Shown: positions 33,149 through 43,900 of the stretch, one piece after another
Position numbering within the stretch: the stretch's first letter is position 1
Layout of the letters: every line of letters begins with the position of its first letter
Source: an uncultured Actinomycetota bacterium
GTDB taxonomy: Bacteria > Actinomycetota > Actinomycetes > Propionibacteriales > Nocardioidaceae
Assembly: GCA_963756795.1 (NCBI GenBank)
Contig: CAVWPK010000012.1
Span: 495,194 to 559,193 of the forward strand
DNA length: 64,000 bases
Direction of reading: 5' to 3'
Notes under the pieces: generated by a model
What the model was told of the DNA's origin: nothing
The model's database searches: none
What the model saw: only the letters and a program-made list of their open reading frames with translations
Program-made: the position numbers and the translations under genes

Positions 33149-34533
33149 GCGAGCTGCTCACACTCACGGCGTTGTCGATCGTCGCCGCCGGCTTCTTCGT
33201 CGGCGTGGTCGTCGGCCTCACCGGCATGGGCGGCGGCGCGCTGATGACGCCGGCGCTGATCTTCCTCGGGGTGGGCCACACGGCGTCCATCGTCACCGCG
33301 GACCTGACCGCGGCCGCGATCTACAAGACCGGCGGTGCGATCACCCACGCCCGGGAGGGCTCGCCCAACCTGCGGCTCGCCGGCTGGCTGATCGCCGGCT
33401 CGGTGCCGATGGCGTTCGTCGGGCCCTATCTCGTCGACGCGCTGACCGATGACACCGAGCAGCTGGAGAAGACCCTCAAGCTCTGCATCGGCATCGCCCT
33501 GCTGTTCGCCGCGTCGACCTACGCGTTGCGGCTCTACATCAACCTGCGCCGGGTGCGGAGCGGTGCGGCGACCCCGGCGGAGAACCCGCGGATCCGCCCG
33601 GTGCCGACGCTGCTGGTCGGCATGCTGGGCGGCCTGCTGGTCGGCATCACCAGCGTCGGCTCGGGCTCGGTCATCATGATCGCCCTGCTCATGCTCTACC
33701 CGGGCCTGTCGGCGGTGAAGCTGGTCGGCACCGACCTGGTCCAGGCGGTCCCGCTGGTGCTGAGCGCGGCGATCGCCAACATCCTCCTGCACGGCCTCGA
33801 CTGGAACCTGCTGATCCCGCTGGTGATCGGCTCGGTCCCCGGCACCATCATCGGCAGCCGGATCGCGCCACGAGTGCCGCAGTCCTTCATCCGCCGCGGG
33901 ATCGTCGTGGTGCTGACCATGTCCGGCGTTGCCCTGCTCTTCAAGGCCGGGCTGCACCCGTTCGGCGAGGGCCACGACACCCTCGAGGCGATCACGGTCG
34001 CCGGCGTCGGCGTCGTGATGCTCGCCCTGGTCCCGATCGTGTGGGGGATGCTGCGCAAGCAGCACGGACTGCCGATGTTCGGAGCGCCCACGGTGGCCGA
34101 GCTGGAGAAGATCCCGGGCGACCGGCGGGCGAGGAAGGCAGCCCACAAGTCAGCCCACAAGCCAGACCAGACCTCGGACCAGACCAGACCAGACCTCAGG
34201 CCCGAAGCAGCCCGAGTCGCGACCGTAGCTGTCGCGAGGTCCCGGCCGACGACCTCGGGGGTCTGCCGCGCGGTGAGCTGCGGAGGCGTCCGGTCAGGGA
34301 CGGAGGGGCGATCGACACGTGCACAGCTGCCGGCACCGGCCGGTGCCGCTCACCACTCCCACAGGGCCGAGATCGGGAGGCCCCACATGCCGGGGCGGTA
34401 CTTGAACCCCACGGACGCGGTGTTGAGCACGATCCCGCCGCGGAACCGGGAGCCCGCGCGGGCCGCGAGCGACTCGAGCGCCCGGAACTGGTGCGGGCGG
34501 AAGCCGGCCGCCGTCCGGATCTCGACCCCGTAG
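33145..34533 (+). CDS. TauE/SafE family sulfite/sulfonate exporter with a long low-complexity tail
   Basis: VGLTGMGGGALMTP, GITSVGSGS, LVGTDL, GSVPG..IGSR. The last ~140 aa look non-homologous. Confidence 0.85.
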   Translation: MSELLTLTALSIVAAGFFVGVVVGLTGMGGGALMTPALIFLGVGHTASIVTADLTAAAIYKTGGAITHAREGSPNLRLAGWLIAGSVPMAFVGPYLVDALTDDTEQLEKTLKLCIGIALLFAASTYALRLYINLRRVRSGAATPAENPRIRPVPTLLVGMLGGLLVGITSVGSGSVIMIALLMLYPGLSAVKLVGTDLVQAVPLVLSAAIANILLHGLDWNLLIPLVIGSVPGTIIGSRIAPRVPQSFIRRGIVVVLTMSGVALLFKAGLHPFGEGHDTLEAITVAGVGVVMLALVPIVWGMLRKQHGLPMFGAPTVAELEKIPGDRRARKAAHKSAHKPDQTSDQTRPDLRPEAARVATVAVARSRPTTSGVCRAVSCGGVRSGTEGRSTRAQLPAPAGAAHHSHRAEIGRPHMPGRYLNPTDAVLSTIPPRNREPARAASDSSARNWCGRKPAAVRISTP

Positions 34534-35132
34534 ACCGTGTCGTCGGGCAGTTCGACGAGGAGGTCGACCTCGAGCCCGTTGCGCTCGCGCAGGTGGCTGA
34601 GCCGGTAGTCCACCTCGCTGGCCTCGCGCTGCCGCAGCAGCTCGGCGATGGCGATGCCCTCGAGCAGGGGCGCGAGTCGGCTCCGGCCCTCGAACGCGGT
34701 CAGCCGGTCCGTGGACACGCCGGCCAGGTGGCGGGCGACGGCGGGGTCGGTGAAGACCACGCGCGGACGCTGGACCGCCCGCTTCGCCACCGGCGACCGC
34801 GATCCGGGCAGCAGCCGGACCAGACCGAGCCGTTCGACGACGTCGAGGTACGGCGAGATCGTGGTGGCCGGGATGCCGGCGAGGTCTGCGAGCCGCGCCT
34901 TGTTGAGCTCCGTCGACGGCGGTCGGGCGAGGGCCGCGGCGAGCGCCAGCAGGCGAGCGGGTTCCAAGCGGCGCAAGGACCGGGCGGCGCCGTACGCCAT
35001 CCGGTGGAGCTCGTCGTCGATCCCGTCGTCGCGGGCCATCAGCGCGACGTACTCCCCCACACCCCACCGCGAGTGCACCTCGTCCGGCACCGATGCCCGC
35101 GACCCGAGCCGGGCGACGAGATCGGCGGTCAC
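34350..35132 (-). CDS. DUF4143-domain protein (AAA+ ATPase/PD-(D/E)xK C-terminal part; no Walker A)
   Basis: YLDVVERLGLV, RPRVVFTDP, LLEG....ELLRQ, HLRERNGLEVDLLVE, GVEIR. Start uncertain. Confidence 0.7.
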   Translation of the reverse strand: MTADLVARLGSRASVPDEVHSRWGVGEYVALMARDDGIDDELHRMAYGAARSLRRLEPARLLALAAALARPPSTELNKARLADLAGIPATTISPYLDVVERLGLVRLLPGSRSPVAKRAVQRPRVVFTDPAVARHLAGVSTDRLTAFEGRSRLAPLLEGIAIAELLRQREASEVDYRLSHLRERNGLEVDLLVELPDDTVYGVEIRTAAGFRPHQFRALESLAARAGSRFRGGIVLNTASVGFKYRPGMWGLPISALWEW

Positions 35133-35232
35133 GGGCAGCAGCCTATGCGGAGGAGGGGACAAACTCGTAGATTTGTCTACGTCGTTCGCGCCGATGTCAC
35201 GCTGAAAGCCGGTGCATGGCACGATGCTCCGC

Positions 35233-36147
35233 ATGTCCCAGACCCACGCTGACTACCGGTTGAGCCAACTCGACCAGCTCGAGGCCGAGTCGATCCACAT
35301 CTTCCGCGAGGTCGCGGCCGAGTTCGAGAAGCCCGTCCTCATGTTCTCCGGCGGCAAGGACAGCATCGTGATGATGCGCCTCGCCGAGAAGGCCTTCTAC
35401 CCGGCCAAGATCCCGTTCCCCGTGCTGCAGGTCGACACCGGCTACGACTTCCCCGAGGTGCTCGCCACCCGCGACAACTGGGTCAACCGGCTCGGCGTCC
35501 GGCTGATCGTGGCGTCGGTCGAGGAGGCGCTGGCCAACGGCGTCGTCGTCGACGACGGCAAGACCAGCCGCAACCGCCACCAGATCGGCACCCTGCTCAA
35601 CGCCATCGAGGAGAACGGCTTCACCGCCGCCTTCGGTGGTGGCCGCCGCGACGAGGAGAAGGCGCGGGCCAAGGAGCGGGTCTACTCGCACCGCGACGAG
35701 TTCGGTCAGTGGGACCCGAAGATGCAGCGCCCCGAGCTGTGGAACCTCTACAACGGCCGGATCCACGAGGGCGAGCACATGCGGATCTTCCCGATCTCCA
35801 ACTGGACCGAGCTCGACATCTGGGACTACATCGGTCGCGAGGGCATCGAGATCCCGACCATCTACTACTCCCACCAGCGCCGGGTGTTCGAGCGCGACGG
35901 CATGCTGCTCACCGAGAGCGAGCACAACCCGTGCCGTCAGGGCGAGGTGGCAGCCGAGCGGACCGTCCGGTTCCGCACCGTCGGTGACCTGACCCTGACC
36001 GGCTGCGTCGAGAGCACGGCGTCCACGATCGACGAGATCATCGCGGAGGTCGCGATCGCCACCGTCACCGAGCGTGGCGCGACCCGTGGTGACGACCGGT
36101 TCTCCGAGGCCGCCATGGAAGACCGCAAGAAGGAAGGCTACTTCTGA
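35233..36147 (+). CDS. cysD: Sulfate adenylyltransferase subunit 2
   Basis: LEAESIHIFRE, FSGGKDS, GGGRRDEEKARAKER, VRFRTVGD, MEDRKKEGYF. Confidence 0.97.
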   Translation: MSQTHADYRLSQLDQLEAESIHIFREVAAEFEKPVLMFSGGKDSIVMMRLAEKAFYPAKIPFPVLQVDTGYDFPEVLATRDNWVNRLGVRLIVASVEEALANGVVVDDGKTSRNRHQIGTLLNAIEENGFTAAFGGGRRDEEKARAKERVYSHRDEFGQWDPKMQRPELWNLYNGRIHEGEHMRIFPISNWTELDIWDYIGREGIEIPTIYYSHQRRVFERDGMLLTESEHNPCRQGEVAAERTVRFRTVGDLTLTGCVESTASTIDEIIAEVAIATVTERGATRGDDRFSEAAMEDRKKEGYF

Positions 36148-37418
36148 TGAGTACCACCAACCAGGGAATGGGCATGGACCTTCTGCGGTTCGCGACGGCC
36201 GGCTCGGTCGACGACGGCAAGTCCACCCTCATCGGCCGGCTGCTGCTGGACTCGAAGTCGATCTTCGAGGACCAGCTCCAGGCCGTCGAGGCGACGAGCA
36301 CGTCGAAGGGCTACGACTACACCGACCTCGCGCTGCTGACCGACGGGCTGCGCTCGGAGCGGGAGCAGGGCATCACCATCGATGTCGCCTACCGCTACTT
36401 CGCGACGCCCAGCCGCAAGTTCATCATCGCCGACACCCCGGGCCACGTGCAGTACACCCGCAACATGGTGACCGGCGCCTCGACCGCCGACCTCGGCCTG
36501 GTGCTCGTCGATGCCCGGCAGGGCCTCACCGAGCAGTCCCGCCGGCACGCGGTCATCTTGTCGCTGCTCCGGGTCCCGCACCTGGTGCTGTGCGTCAACA
36601 AGATGGACCTCGTGGACTTCTCCGAGGAGATCTACGAGAAGATCCACTCCGAGTTCACGCAGTTCGCGACCAAGCTGAACATCCCGGACCTCGAGGTCAT
36701 CCCGATCTCGGCGCTCAACGGCGACAACGTGGTCAACCGCTCCGAGAACATGGACTGGTACTCCGGTCCCACGCTGATGCACCACCTCGAGCACGTCCAC
36801 GTGGCGTCCGACCGCGATCTGATCGACGCGCGGTTCCCGGTGCAGTACGTCGTACGGCCCAAGTCCGACGAGTTCCACGACTACCGCGGCTACGCGGGCC
36901 AGGTCGCCGGCGGTGTGCTGAAGCCCGGCGACGAGGTCGTGGTCCTGCCCTCCGGCATGACCTCGCGGATCTCCCGGATCGACCTGTTCGACCAGGAGGT
37001 CACCGAGGCGTTCCCGCCGATGTCAGTGACCGTGCACCTCGAGGACGACGTCGACGTGTCGCGGGGCGACATGATCGCCCGGGTCAAGAACGCGCCGGAG
37101 CCCCTCCAGGACATCGACGCGATGGTCTGCTGGATGACGACGACGCCGCTCAAGCCGCGGCAGAAGCTGGCCATCAAGCACACCACCCGCACCGGTCGCG
37201 CTCTGGTCAAGGACATCCAGTACCGCCTCGACGTCAACACGCTGCACCGCGACCAGGAGACCAAGGAGCTCGGCGTCAACGAGATCGGCCGCGTCCAGCT
37301 GCGCACCACGGTGCCGCTGCTCAGCGACCCCTACGCCAAGAACCGCGCCACCGGATCGTTCATCCTGATCGACGAGGCGACCGGCGTCACCGTCGGCGCC
37401 GGCATGATCAACGGCTGA
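36147..37418 (+). CDS. cysN: Sulfate adenylyltransferase subunit 1 (no fused APS kinase)
   Basis: TAGSVDDGKSTLIGRLL, EREQGITID, DTPGH.QYTRNM.TGAS, NKMD, GSFILID. Confidence 0.97.
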   Translation: MSTTNQGMGMDLLRFATAGSVDDGKSTLIGRLLLDSKSIFEDQLQAVEATSTSKGYDYTDLALLTDGLRSEREQGITIDVAYRYFATPSRKFIIADTPGHVQYTRNMVTGASTADLGLVLVDARQGLTEQSRRHAVILSLLRVPHLVLCVNKMDLVDFSEEIYEKIHSEFTQFATKLNIPDLEVIPISALNGDNVVNRSENMDWYSGPTLMHHLEHVHVASDRDLIDARFPVQYVVRPKSDEFHDYRGYAGQVAGGVLKPGDEVVVLPSGMTSRISRIDLFDQEVTEAFPPMSVTVHLEDDVDVSRGDMIARVKNAPEPLQDIDAMVCWMTTTPLKPRQKLAIKHTTRTGRALVKDIQYRLDVNTLHRDQETKELGVNEIGRVQLRTTVPLLSDPYAKNRATGSFILIDEATGVTVGAGMING

Positions 37419-37423
37419 CCTCC

Positions 37424-37476
37424 GAGCCTCGGGGCCGAGGCTCCTCGCACAGGGGGAGCCCGAACCCGGGGCTCAC
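37424..37476. terminator. Two hairpins between convergent cysN and the methyltransferase gene
   Basis: GAGCCTCGG gg CCGAGGCTC (perfect 9-bp stem) and GAGCCC..GGGCTC. Confidence 0.65.
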
Positions 37477-39500
37477 ACCACCTTGAAGATGTTGTCGTTG
37501 GAGATCTGCCGCACGGCGCGGTCCAACCGGAACTGCTGTCCTCGCACGACGTCGTTGTCACCGAGCAGGTCGGCGTACTCGGACTCGATCTCCCGAAGGG
37601 TGTCCAGCGCGTCGTCCTTGTGACCCTTGAGCGTCATCAGGTAGGCACGGGACACGCGCATCCGGAACTCGAAGCGCCGGTGGATCCCCGGGAACTGCAC
37701 CGCGTCGTGCAGGGCGAGGCACTCCTCGTAGGTGCCCTCCTTGAACGGGTCGTAGGCAGCCACGTCGGCCGGTACCGCCTTGACGGTGCGGTAGATCGAG
37801 CTCGACTGGACCTGCCCCTCCCAGCTGAAGTAGTCCTTGAGGTAGCCCATGGTGACCTTGATCCAGGGACACCGGTCGAAGAAGAAGTCCTGGTTGATGA
37901 GAGTCGACCCGCCCGGGATCAGCGCCGGGTAGAACTCCTTCGACACGTGCGCGTTGAGGTCGATCGTCTTGCACACGTCGATGAAGGCGACCTCGATCGG
38001 CGCGTCGGCCGGCCAGGTCTCCTCGTTCAGGTCACCGATGTGGAGCTGGATCAGGTCGGGATAGGGCTCGACCGCCTTCTCCAGGATCGGCACGAAGCTC
38101 TCGCCGGTGCGGTACTCGATGCCGAACCAGGTCCGGACCTGCTCCTGCGCGCCCTCGGGACGCGGGAAGTAGCCGAGCTCGTAGCCGTGGATCGGCTTTC
38201 CGTCGGGGAAGCGGTCCGCGCGCACGACGTCGGACCGGTCGATGGCCCGGACACCCTCCGCCGAGGCCACGATCGAGGACCCGAAGAAGCTTCCGCCGTC
38301 GATGATGGCGCCCTCACCCCGCCAGGTCCTGGTGACCAGGTTGGTCAGCATCGACCGCTCGAGGTAGGAGAGCATCCCCGGGGCGACCTCTGTCGTCCGA
38401 AGCGTCTCGGCCGTCTCCACGACGTCGAGCTCCTTCAGGAACTGGCTCCCGATCACATCGGGGCTCAGCCACTCTCCCGCAGCCGGGACGTCGACGGTCT
38501 CGGCGATCACCTTGGCCGCCTTCTGCACCGCCTTGTCGAGCCGGAACTGCTGGCCGCGTTCGGTGTCGTCGTCGCCGAGCAGCTCGGCATGGATCGTCTC
38601 GATCTCCTCGAGCGCGTCCATGGCGTCGTAGCCGTGTCCCTTGAGCACCATCAGGTGTGCCCGGGACAGGCGCATCCGGAAGTCGTACTTGGGGTCGAGG
38701 CCTGGGAACTCCACAGCGTCGTGCAAGGCGAGGCAGTCCGCGTAGCTCGCATTCTTGAAGGGGTCGTAGCCCGCGATGTCGGCGGGCACCGCCTTGACGG
38801 TGCGGAAGACCGCACTCGACTGGACCTGCCCCTCCCAGCTGAAGTAGTCCTTGAGATACCCCATGATGACCTTCAGCCATGGGGATCGGTCCGCGAAGAA
38901 GTCCCGGATGATCAAGGTCGAGCGACCCGGGATCAGCGCCGGGAAGAACTCGTTCACCATGTGGGCGTTGAGGCCGGCGGCCTTGGAGACGTCGATGAAG
39001 GCGACCTCGATCGGCGCATCGGAGGGCCAGGTCTCCTTCTTCAGGTCCCCGATATGGAGCTCGACGAGGTCGGTATACGGAGAGACCGCTTTCTCAAGGA
39101 TCGGCACGAAGCTGTCCCCGGTGCGGACCTCGACGCCTTGCCAGGTCCGGACCTCCGCCTTCGCGCCCTCGGGACGGGGGAGGTAGCCCAGGTCGTAGCC
39201 GTGGATCGGTTTCCCGCCAGGAAACCGCTCTGGTGTCAGCTGATCGGCCTGCTTCCCGCCTCGGACACCTTGCGCGAGGGCGGTGATCGAGGAGCCGAGG
39301 AAGCTGCCTCCGTCGATGATGGCGCCGTCACCCTGCCACGTCGTGGTCACCAGGTTCTCGAGCAGCGCCCGCTCGAGGTAGGACAGCATCCCCGGCACGA
39401 CCTCTGTCTGCCGCAGGGCGTTCGCCGTCTCGGGGATGCTGAGACTCTGGACGAACGGGGTCCCGAGCACGTCCGGGGTCAATCTCGCCACCGCGGTCAT
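37473..39500 (-). CDS. Internally duplicated class I SAM-methyltransferase-like protein (2 x ~338 aa)
   Basis: Each half has IIDGGSFxGSS, IHGY(D/E), HIGDL, FIDV.K, ALIPG..L..(R/Q)DF. Confidence 0.7.
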   Translation of the reverse strand: MTAVARLTPDVLGTPFVQSLSIPETANALRQTEVVPGMLSYLERALLENLVTTTWQGDGAIIDGGSFLGSSITALAQGVRGGKQADQLTPERFPGGKPIHGYDLGYLPRPEGAKAEVRTWQGVEVRTGDSFVPILEKAVSPYTDLVELHIGDLKKETWPSDAPIEVAFIDVSKAAGLNAHMVNEFFPALIPGRSTLIIRDFFADRSPWLKVIMGYLKDYFSWEGQVQSSAVFRTVKAVPADIAGYDPFKNASYADCLALHDAVEFPGLDPKYDFRMRLSRAHLMVLKGHGYDAMDALEEIETIHAELLGDDDTERGQQFRLDKAVQKAAKVIAETVDVPAAGEWLSPDVIGSQFLKELDVVETAETLRTTEVAPGMLSYLERSMLTNLVTRTWRGEGAIIDGGSFFGSSIVASAEGVRAIDRSDVVRADRFPDGKPIHGYELGYFPRPEGAQEQVRTWFGIEYRTGESFVPILEKAVEPYPDLIQLHIGDLNEETWPADAPIEVAFIDVCKTIDLNAHVSKEFYPALIPGGSTLINQDFFFDRCPWIKVTMGYLKDYFSWEGQVQSSSIYRTVKAVPADVAAYDPFKEGTYEECLALHDAVQFPGIHRRFEFRMRVSRAYLMTLKGHKDDALDTLREIESEYADLLGDNDVVRGQQFRLDRAVRQISNDNIFKVV

Positions 39501-39601
39501 AGGTACCTCTCATCGAACGGGGCGCGACCACGACCAGCCGTGGGACCCCCCGTGACCATCACTCGCCGAGATCCTCGTCGCTCGCCGCTGAGCCCGGCAT
39601 C

Positions 39602-40978
39602 TCAGCCGACAACGGTACCCGGCTCGCCGCCCGGCCCGTCCTTGGGGCGCGCCACGCAGAAGACGTTGGTGACGGTCAGGTCGCGCTCAGTGATGTCCGG
39701 CACCACCTCGCGAACCCGTTCGACCACAGCGGGGGTGAGCCGGGCGCAGGTGGCGTCGTCCGACAGGTCGTCGTCCCACCGGGCGATGGTGAAGTGCCGC
39801 TCGATCGCGTCTCGCAGCTCGTCGAGCCGCAGCCGGTTGAGGTTGACGATCAGCTCGTGATCATCGGGCAGGTCAGGCACGGCGTTGATGTGCCGCCAGT
39901 CGTAGACCTGCTGGTGTTCGGCGCTCTTCTCGTCGTACTGGTCAGGGCGACGCGGCTGCCGCTTGTGACCGCTCCAGCTGTAGAAGTTGTGGTGGAGGAA
40001 GATGACCTGGGTCTGCGGATGGCACAGGGTGGTGACGGACGCCAGGATCCGGTCGAGATCAGGCACGTGCTCGGACACGTTGTGAAGGACGATCGTGTCG
40101 AAGGTCCGGTCGAACTGATGGTCCTCGACCGTGCTCGGGATCACCTGGAGGGCGGGGACCGCCTCGCTGACCTGCCGGGGCGTCAGCCCCATGTCGTCCC
40201 ACCGGCGGGCCCGCTTGTTGCGCAAGCGCGAGCTGTCGAGCTCGACGGCGGGGTCGATCCCGGTGTAGGTCACCGCACCGGCGACCAGGTAGCCGATCCC
40301 GAGACCGCCCAGCCCGCACCCGACGTCGAGCACCGACTCGCCGAGGTGGTCCTGGATCCGCCTGGGCCAGGACAGGTAGTCGAACCGGGTGGCGACGTCG
40401 ATCAAGTGGGGGTCGTAGCTGCGCAGCGCCACGCCGAGATCGCGAGCGTGATGGAGGTAGGCGATCTTCGCCTGCGCGGTGTCGCGGACCCAGTCGGGTC
40501 CGGGCTCGATCTCGCGCAACCTCGCAGCGGCCTGCAGCAGGTCGGGACTCGGGGCTCCGGCGCGGGCCTCGAGGTAGTGGGCGTCGACGATTGCGATCTG
40601 CCCTGCCAGCTCCCGCGCGACGGCTGCGGCCTCGATCCGATCGAGGAGCCGGGGGGCCACCGCGTTGTCCGGCTCGAGCTCCAGCACGGTCCGCACCAGG
40701 TCCTCAGCCTGCTCGAGACTGCCGGCTGCGAGGTGCACCCGCGCCGCGAGAACGGCCGACCCGACGTGACGCGGCCGATGAGCGCGGAACGCCGTGACGA
40801 GCGGCGCGGCCAGCTCAGGACGCCCGAGCTCGAGCTCTGCTCGAGCAAGGAAGAACGTGGGCACGCCGTACGGGTCATCGGCAACCAGGGGCGCGAGGAG
40901 CCGGCGCGCGGTGTCCCAGTCCTTGACGGCCACCGCCTTCTTGGCGGCCTCGAGTTCGCTTGTGTTCGCCATTGTCAT
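39602..40978 (-). CDS. TPR-containing class I SAM-dependent methyltransferase
   Basis: N-terminal TPR-like helices; VLDVGCGLGG, YTGID, LHNVSEHV, HHNFYSWSGH. Confidence 0.8.
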   Translation of the reverse strand: MTMANTSELEAAKKAVAVKDWDTARRLLAPLVADDPYGVPTFFLARAELELGRPELAAPLVTAFRAHRPRHVGSAVLAARVHLAAGSLEQAEDLVRTVLELEPDNAVAPRLLDRIEAAAVARELAGQIAIVDAHYLEARAGAPSPDLLQAAARLREIEPGPDWVRDTAQAKIAYLHHARDLGVALRSYDPHLIDVATRFDYLSWPRRIQDHLGESVLDVGCGLGGLGIGYLVAGAVTYTGIDPAVELDSSRLRNKRARRWDDMGLTPRQVSEAVPALQVIPSTVEDHQFDRTFDTIVLHNVSEHVPDLDRILASVTTLCHPQTQVIFLHHNFYSWSGHKRQPRRPDQYDEKSAEHQQVYDWRHINAVPDLPDDHELIVNLNRLRLDELRDAIERHFTIARWDDDLSDDATCARLTPAVVERVREVVPDITERDLTVTNVFCVARPKDGPGGEPGTVVG

Positions 40979-40988
40979 CGCACGCCGT

Positions 40989-43900
40989 TCATCGTTTGCT
41001 CCACCAGCGCCTGACGGCGGGGGTCGGCGTCGCCGCGGTCGCCCCAGCCCCTTCGAGCACCGCCTGGCCTTGGTCCTCCCGGACCCTTCTCAGCCGCGGC
41101 ACGTTGCCCTGCGTGACGTAGAGGCGCCCGCGGTAGACCGCACCCTTGGTCTCCCACACCCGCAGCTGCAGGTCCCCGCCGGTGAGGAACTCCGGGAGGA
41201 CCGGGATCCGGTAGGCATGCGCCCCGCGCCCCGGCACGTCCTCGAGCGACCGGTCGGCAACGTCAGCCGAGACGACGAGGAGCGGCTTGCCCTCCCGCAT
41301 GACTGCGACGTGCAGCACCCGGTCGTGGTCCTCGCGGTCCCAGGCCCAGCCGTTGAGCCAGTCGCCCTCGGCCCAGCCCTCGGCCCGCTCCGGCGGCTTG
41401 AGCCCGGACCGGGCGGTGATCGGCCGCGGTCCGTCGGGTGGGTTCCTCAGCAGGTCGCTGCTGCGCAACACGACGCGCTCCGGGTCGAGCTTGCCGTCGA
41501 CCACGTCCATCGCTGCTGCGACCGCCTGGCTGACCAGCTCGTCGGTCATGTCGTTCTCCGGCTCCGCGACCAGGTCGGGGCGGCCGTACTGCCGATCCAT
41601 CAACTCCGTCAGGACCCGGGAGGAGAGCACCGAGTTGCGACCCGACAGGGCGAACGTCTTGGAACCGATCTTGTTGACCCGCAGGAAGACGCTGCGCAGC
41701 TTCTCCTCCTCGTCGTACAGCCCCCAGATCATCGGGTACGACGTCGACGGGGTCCAGTCCTCCGGCACCGGGAGGACCGAGAGGGTGATGTAGTCCTCGG
41801 TCCCCTCGACCCCGCGGGTGGCGACGAGGTCGACGGGGACCTCCTCGCCGCGGACGAGCAGGCGACGTTCCCCCGGTCCGCGAGCGTAGAACCAGAGCTC
41901 GTCCTGGGCAGCGTTGAGCCCGAGGATGACCCGCCGCTGGTGGGCGCCGGTCGCGTTCTCGGGGTCCCACGTCGCCGGCATCAGCCAGTGCGTGTCGGCC
42001 TCGTCGACCGAGTCGGTGCGGAGCAGGCGCTCGTCGACACCGCCCGGGCCGCCACCGGATCCGCCGTGCAGCGCCGCGAGGAGCACCTTGCGCTGCGAGA
42101 GCGGCGAAGCGTCGATGAGGGGCTTGGCCTTGAGGTAGGCGTACATCTGGTCGGACTTGAACGTGCGTCCGGTCGCGTCCGCGGCCGGCCACGCCAGCAG
42201 CTGCTCGGGGAGCACCAGCAGGTCGTGACCGATCTCCGTCGCGCGGGTGACGTATTCGTGGACGATGCCGTGGCGGACGTCGTACGGCTCGAAACCGCCG
42301 ATCACGTCGAACAGCTCCTTGCGGAGCGCGACCACCTCGGAGCCGTAGGCCCGCGAGGTGAGGATCTGGGACGCGACGTCACCGCCGAGCGGCATGCCGA
42401 GCAGGGCGTCATCGGTCGAGAAGAACGTCGTGAACATGGTGGACGGTCGATGGCTGAGGGCCTGTCGCGCCGCAGCGAAGAACCCGAACTGCGGCAACGT
42501 GCTGAGCCCGTCGGCGACGAACATCGCGTCCGACGACTGGGCGGCGACCAGGGTGTTGAGCGCGGTCCCCGCGGTCTGGCCGAGACAGTTGACGATCGTC
42601 ACGCTGGGGCATGCGTCGTCGAGGAGGCCGTGGACCTTCTCGAGCGCGGTCCGGACGCTCACGTCCGTGTAGCCGAGCACGAGCTCGTCCGGGGCCTCGG
42701 TGTGGCAGGCCTTGACGAGGTCTTCGAGCGAGTCGCCCCGGCGGACCAAGGCGACGTAGCTGATCGTGTCCGCCGGATCGGCCGGCTTGTCGATGCCCTC
42801 GATGATCTGGGCAACGGCGTCGGTGCTGCCGTGCTGCTCGATCAGCTCGCCGAGGTAGGCGTGGAAGCCGTACCAGACGTCGAGGTTGTCGTCGTTGGAG
42901 AACTGGGGGTGGGCGATCGCCTGCCCTTCTCGGAGCGCGACGGCCAGCCGGTCGGCGAGGTCCTGCGCCGTGGGCTCGACCAAGCAGGTGGCGTGGTCCC
43001 GTTCGGCAACCAGTTCCGGCGTGCCACCGACGGCCGTGGCGATGAAGGGCACGCGTTGCTCGAGGGTCTCGTAGACGGCCATCGTCGAGTTCTCGATCAG
43101 GGACGGCATGACCGCGATCAGGTCGCGCTCGGTGAGGAAAGTCAGCGCCTCGGGCTGGTTCTTGCCGGTGACCGTGACGACGGGGCACTCCCACGTCTCG
43201 GCCTTCTCGGCGAGGTAGTCCTCGGGCGTCATCCCGCCCTGTGCGGGCAGCTTGCCGCCCCACTTGCCGAGGAAGGTGACCGAGTCCGGGATCTCGCCGC
43301 GCTCGTGCAGCAGGTCGATCGCGTTGCAGAAGATCTCGATGCCCTTGCGCGCCTCCAGTCGCCCGAAGAACACGAGGTCGCGGCTCTTGACCACGTCGCC
43401 GTGCTGGCGCGGCAGACCGGGACGGTTGTCGATGACGGGAACGTTGGAGAAGTCCACGATGTTGGGCTGGACGAAGACGTTCGTCTCGGGCAACCGGTAG
43501 CCGATCCGCTCCATGAACGAGAGCAGGTGGGCAGAGCCACCGATCACGACGTCGGCGAGCTCGACGCACTTCTGCTCGGCGTACGCCGCGGCCACCAGGT
43601 TGGTGTCGGTGATCGGGAGCATCTGGTAGTGACGGTTCCAGATGTGGGGTGAGGACGTCTTGACCAGGAACAAGGTGTCGCGGAACGCCAGGCCGAGCCG
43701 CTTGGCCATCAGTGCGTAGACCAGGCCACCGCGCCATTCGGAGGTGTGCACGACGTCGAACGGCTCCTGGTCGCGGAGCCAGTCGTAGGCGCTGGCGTAG
43801 CGACGCTGCCAGTTCGGGGAGGCGCACCACACGGGCGTCTCGGAAACGTCGAGGTAGTGCAGGGTGACGCCGAACTCGGCGTAGCGCGTGACCCAGAACT

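Noticed and set aside
37620-39860. 746-aa plus-strand ORF with internal repeats
   Set aside because: Antisense mirror of the duplicated methyltransferase; its repeats just reflect that duplication.
40794-43652. 952-aa plus-strand ORF
   Set aside because: Antisense shadow of the 1047-aa glycosyltransferase, typical of high-GC DNA, with no motifs.
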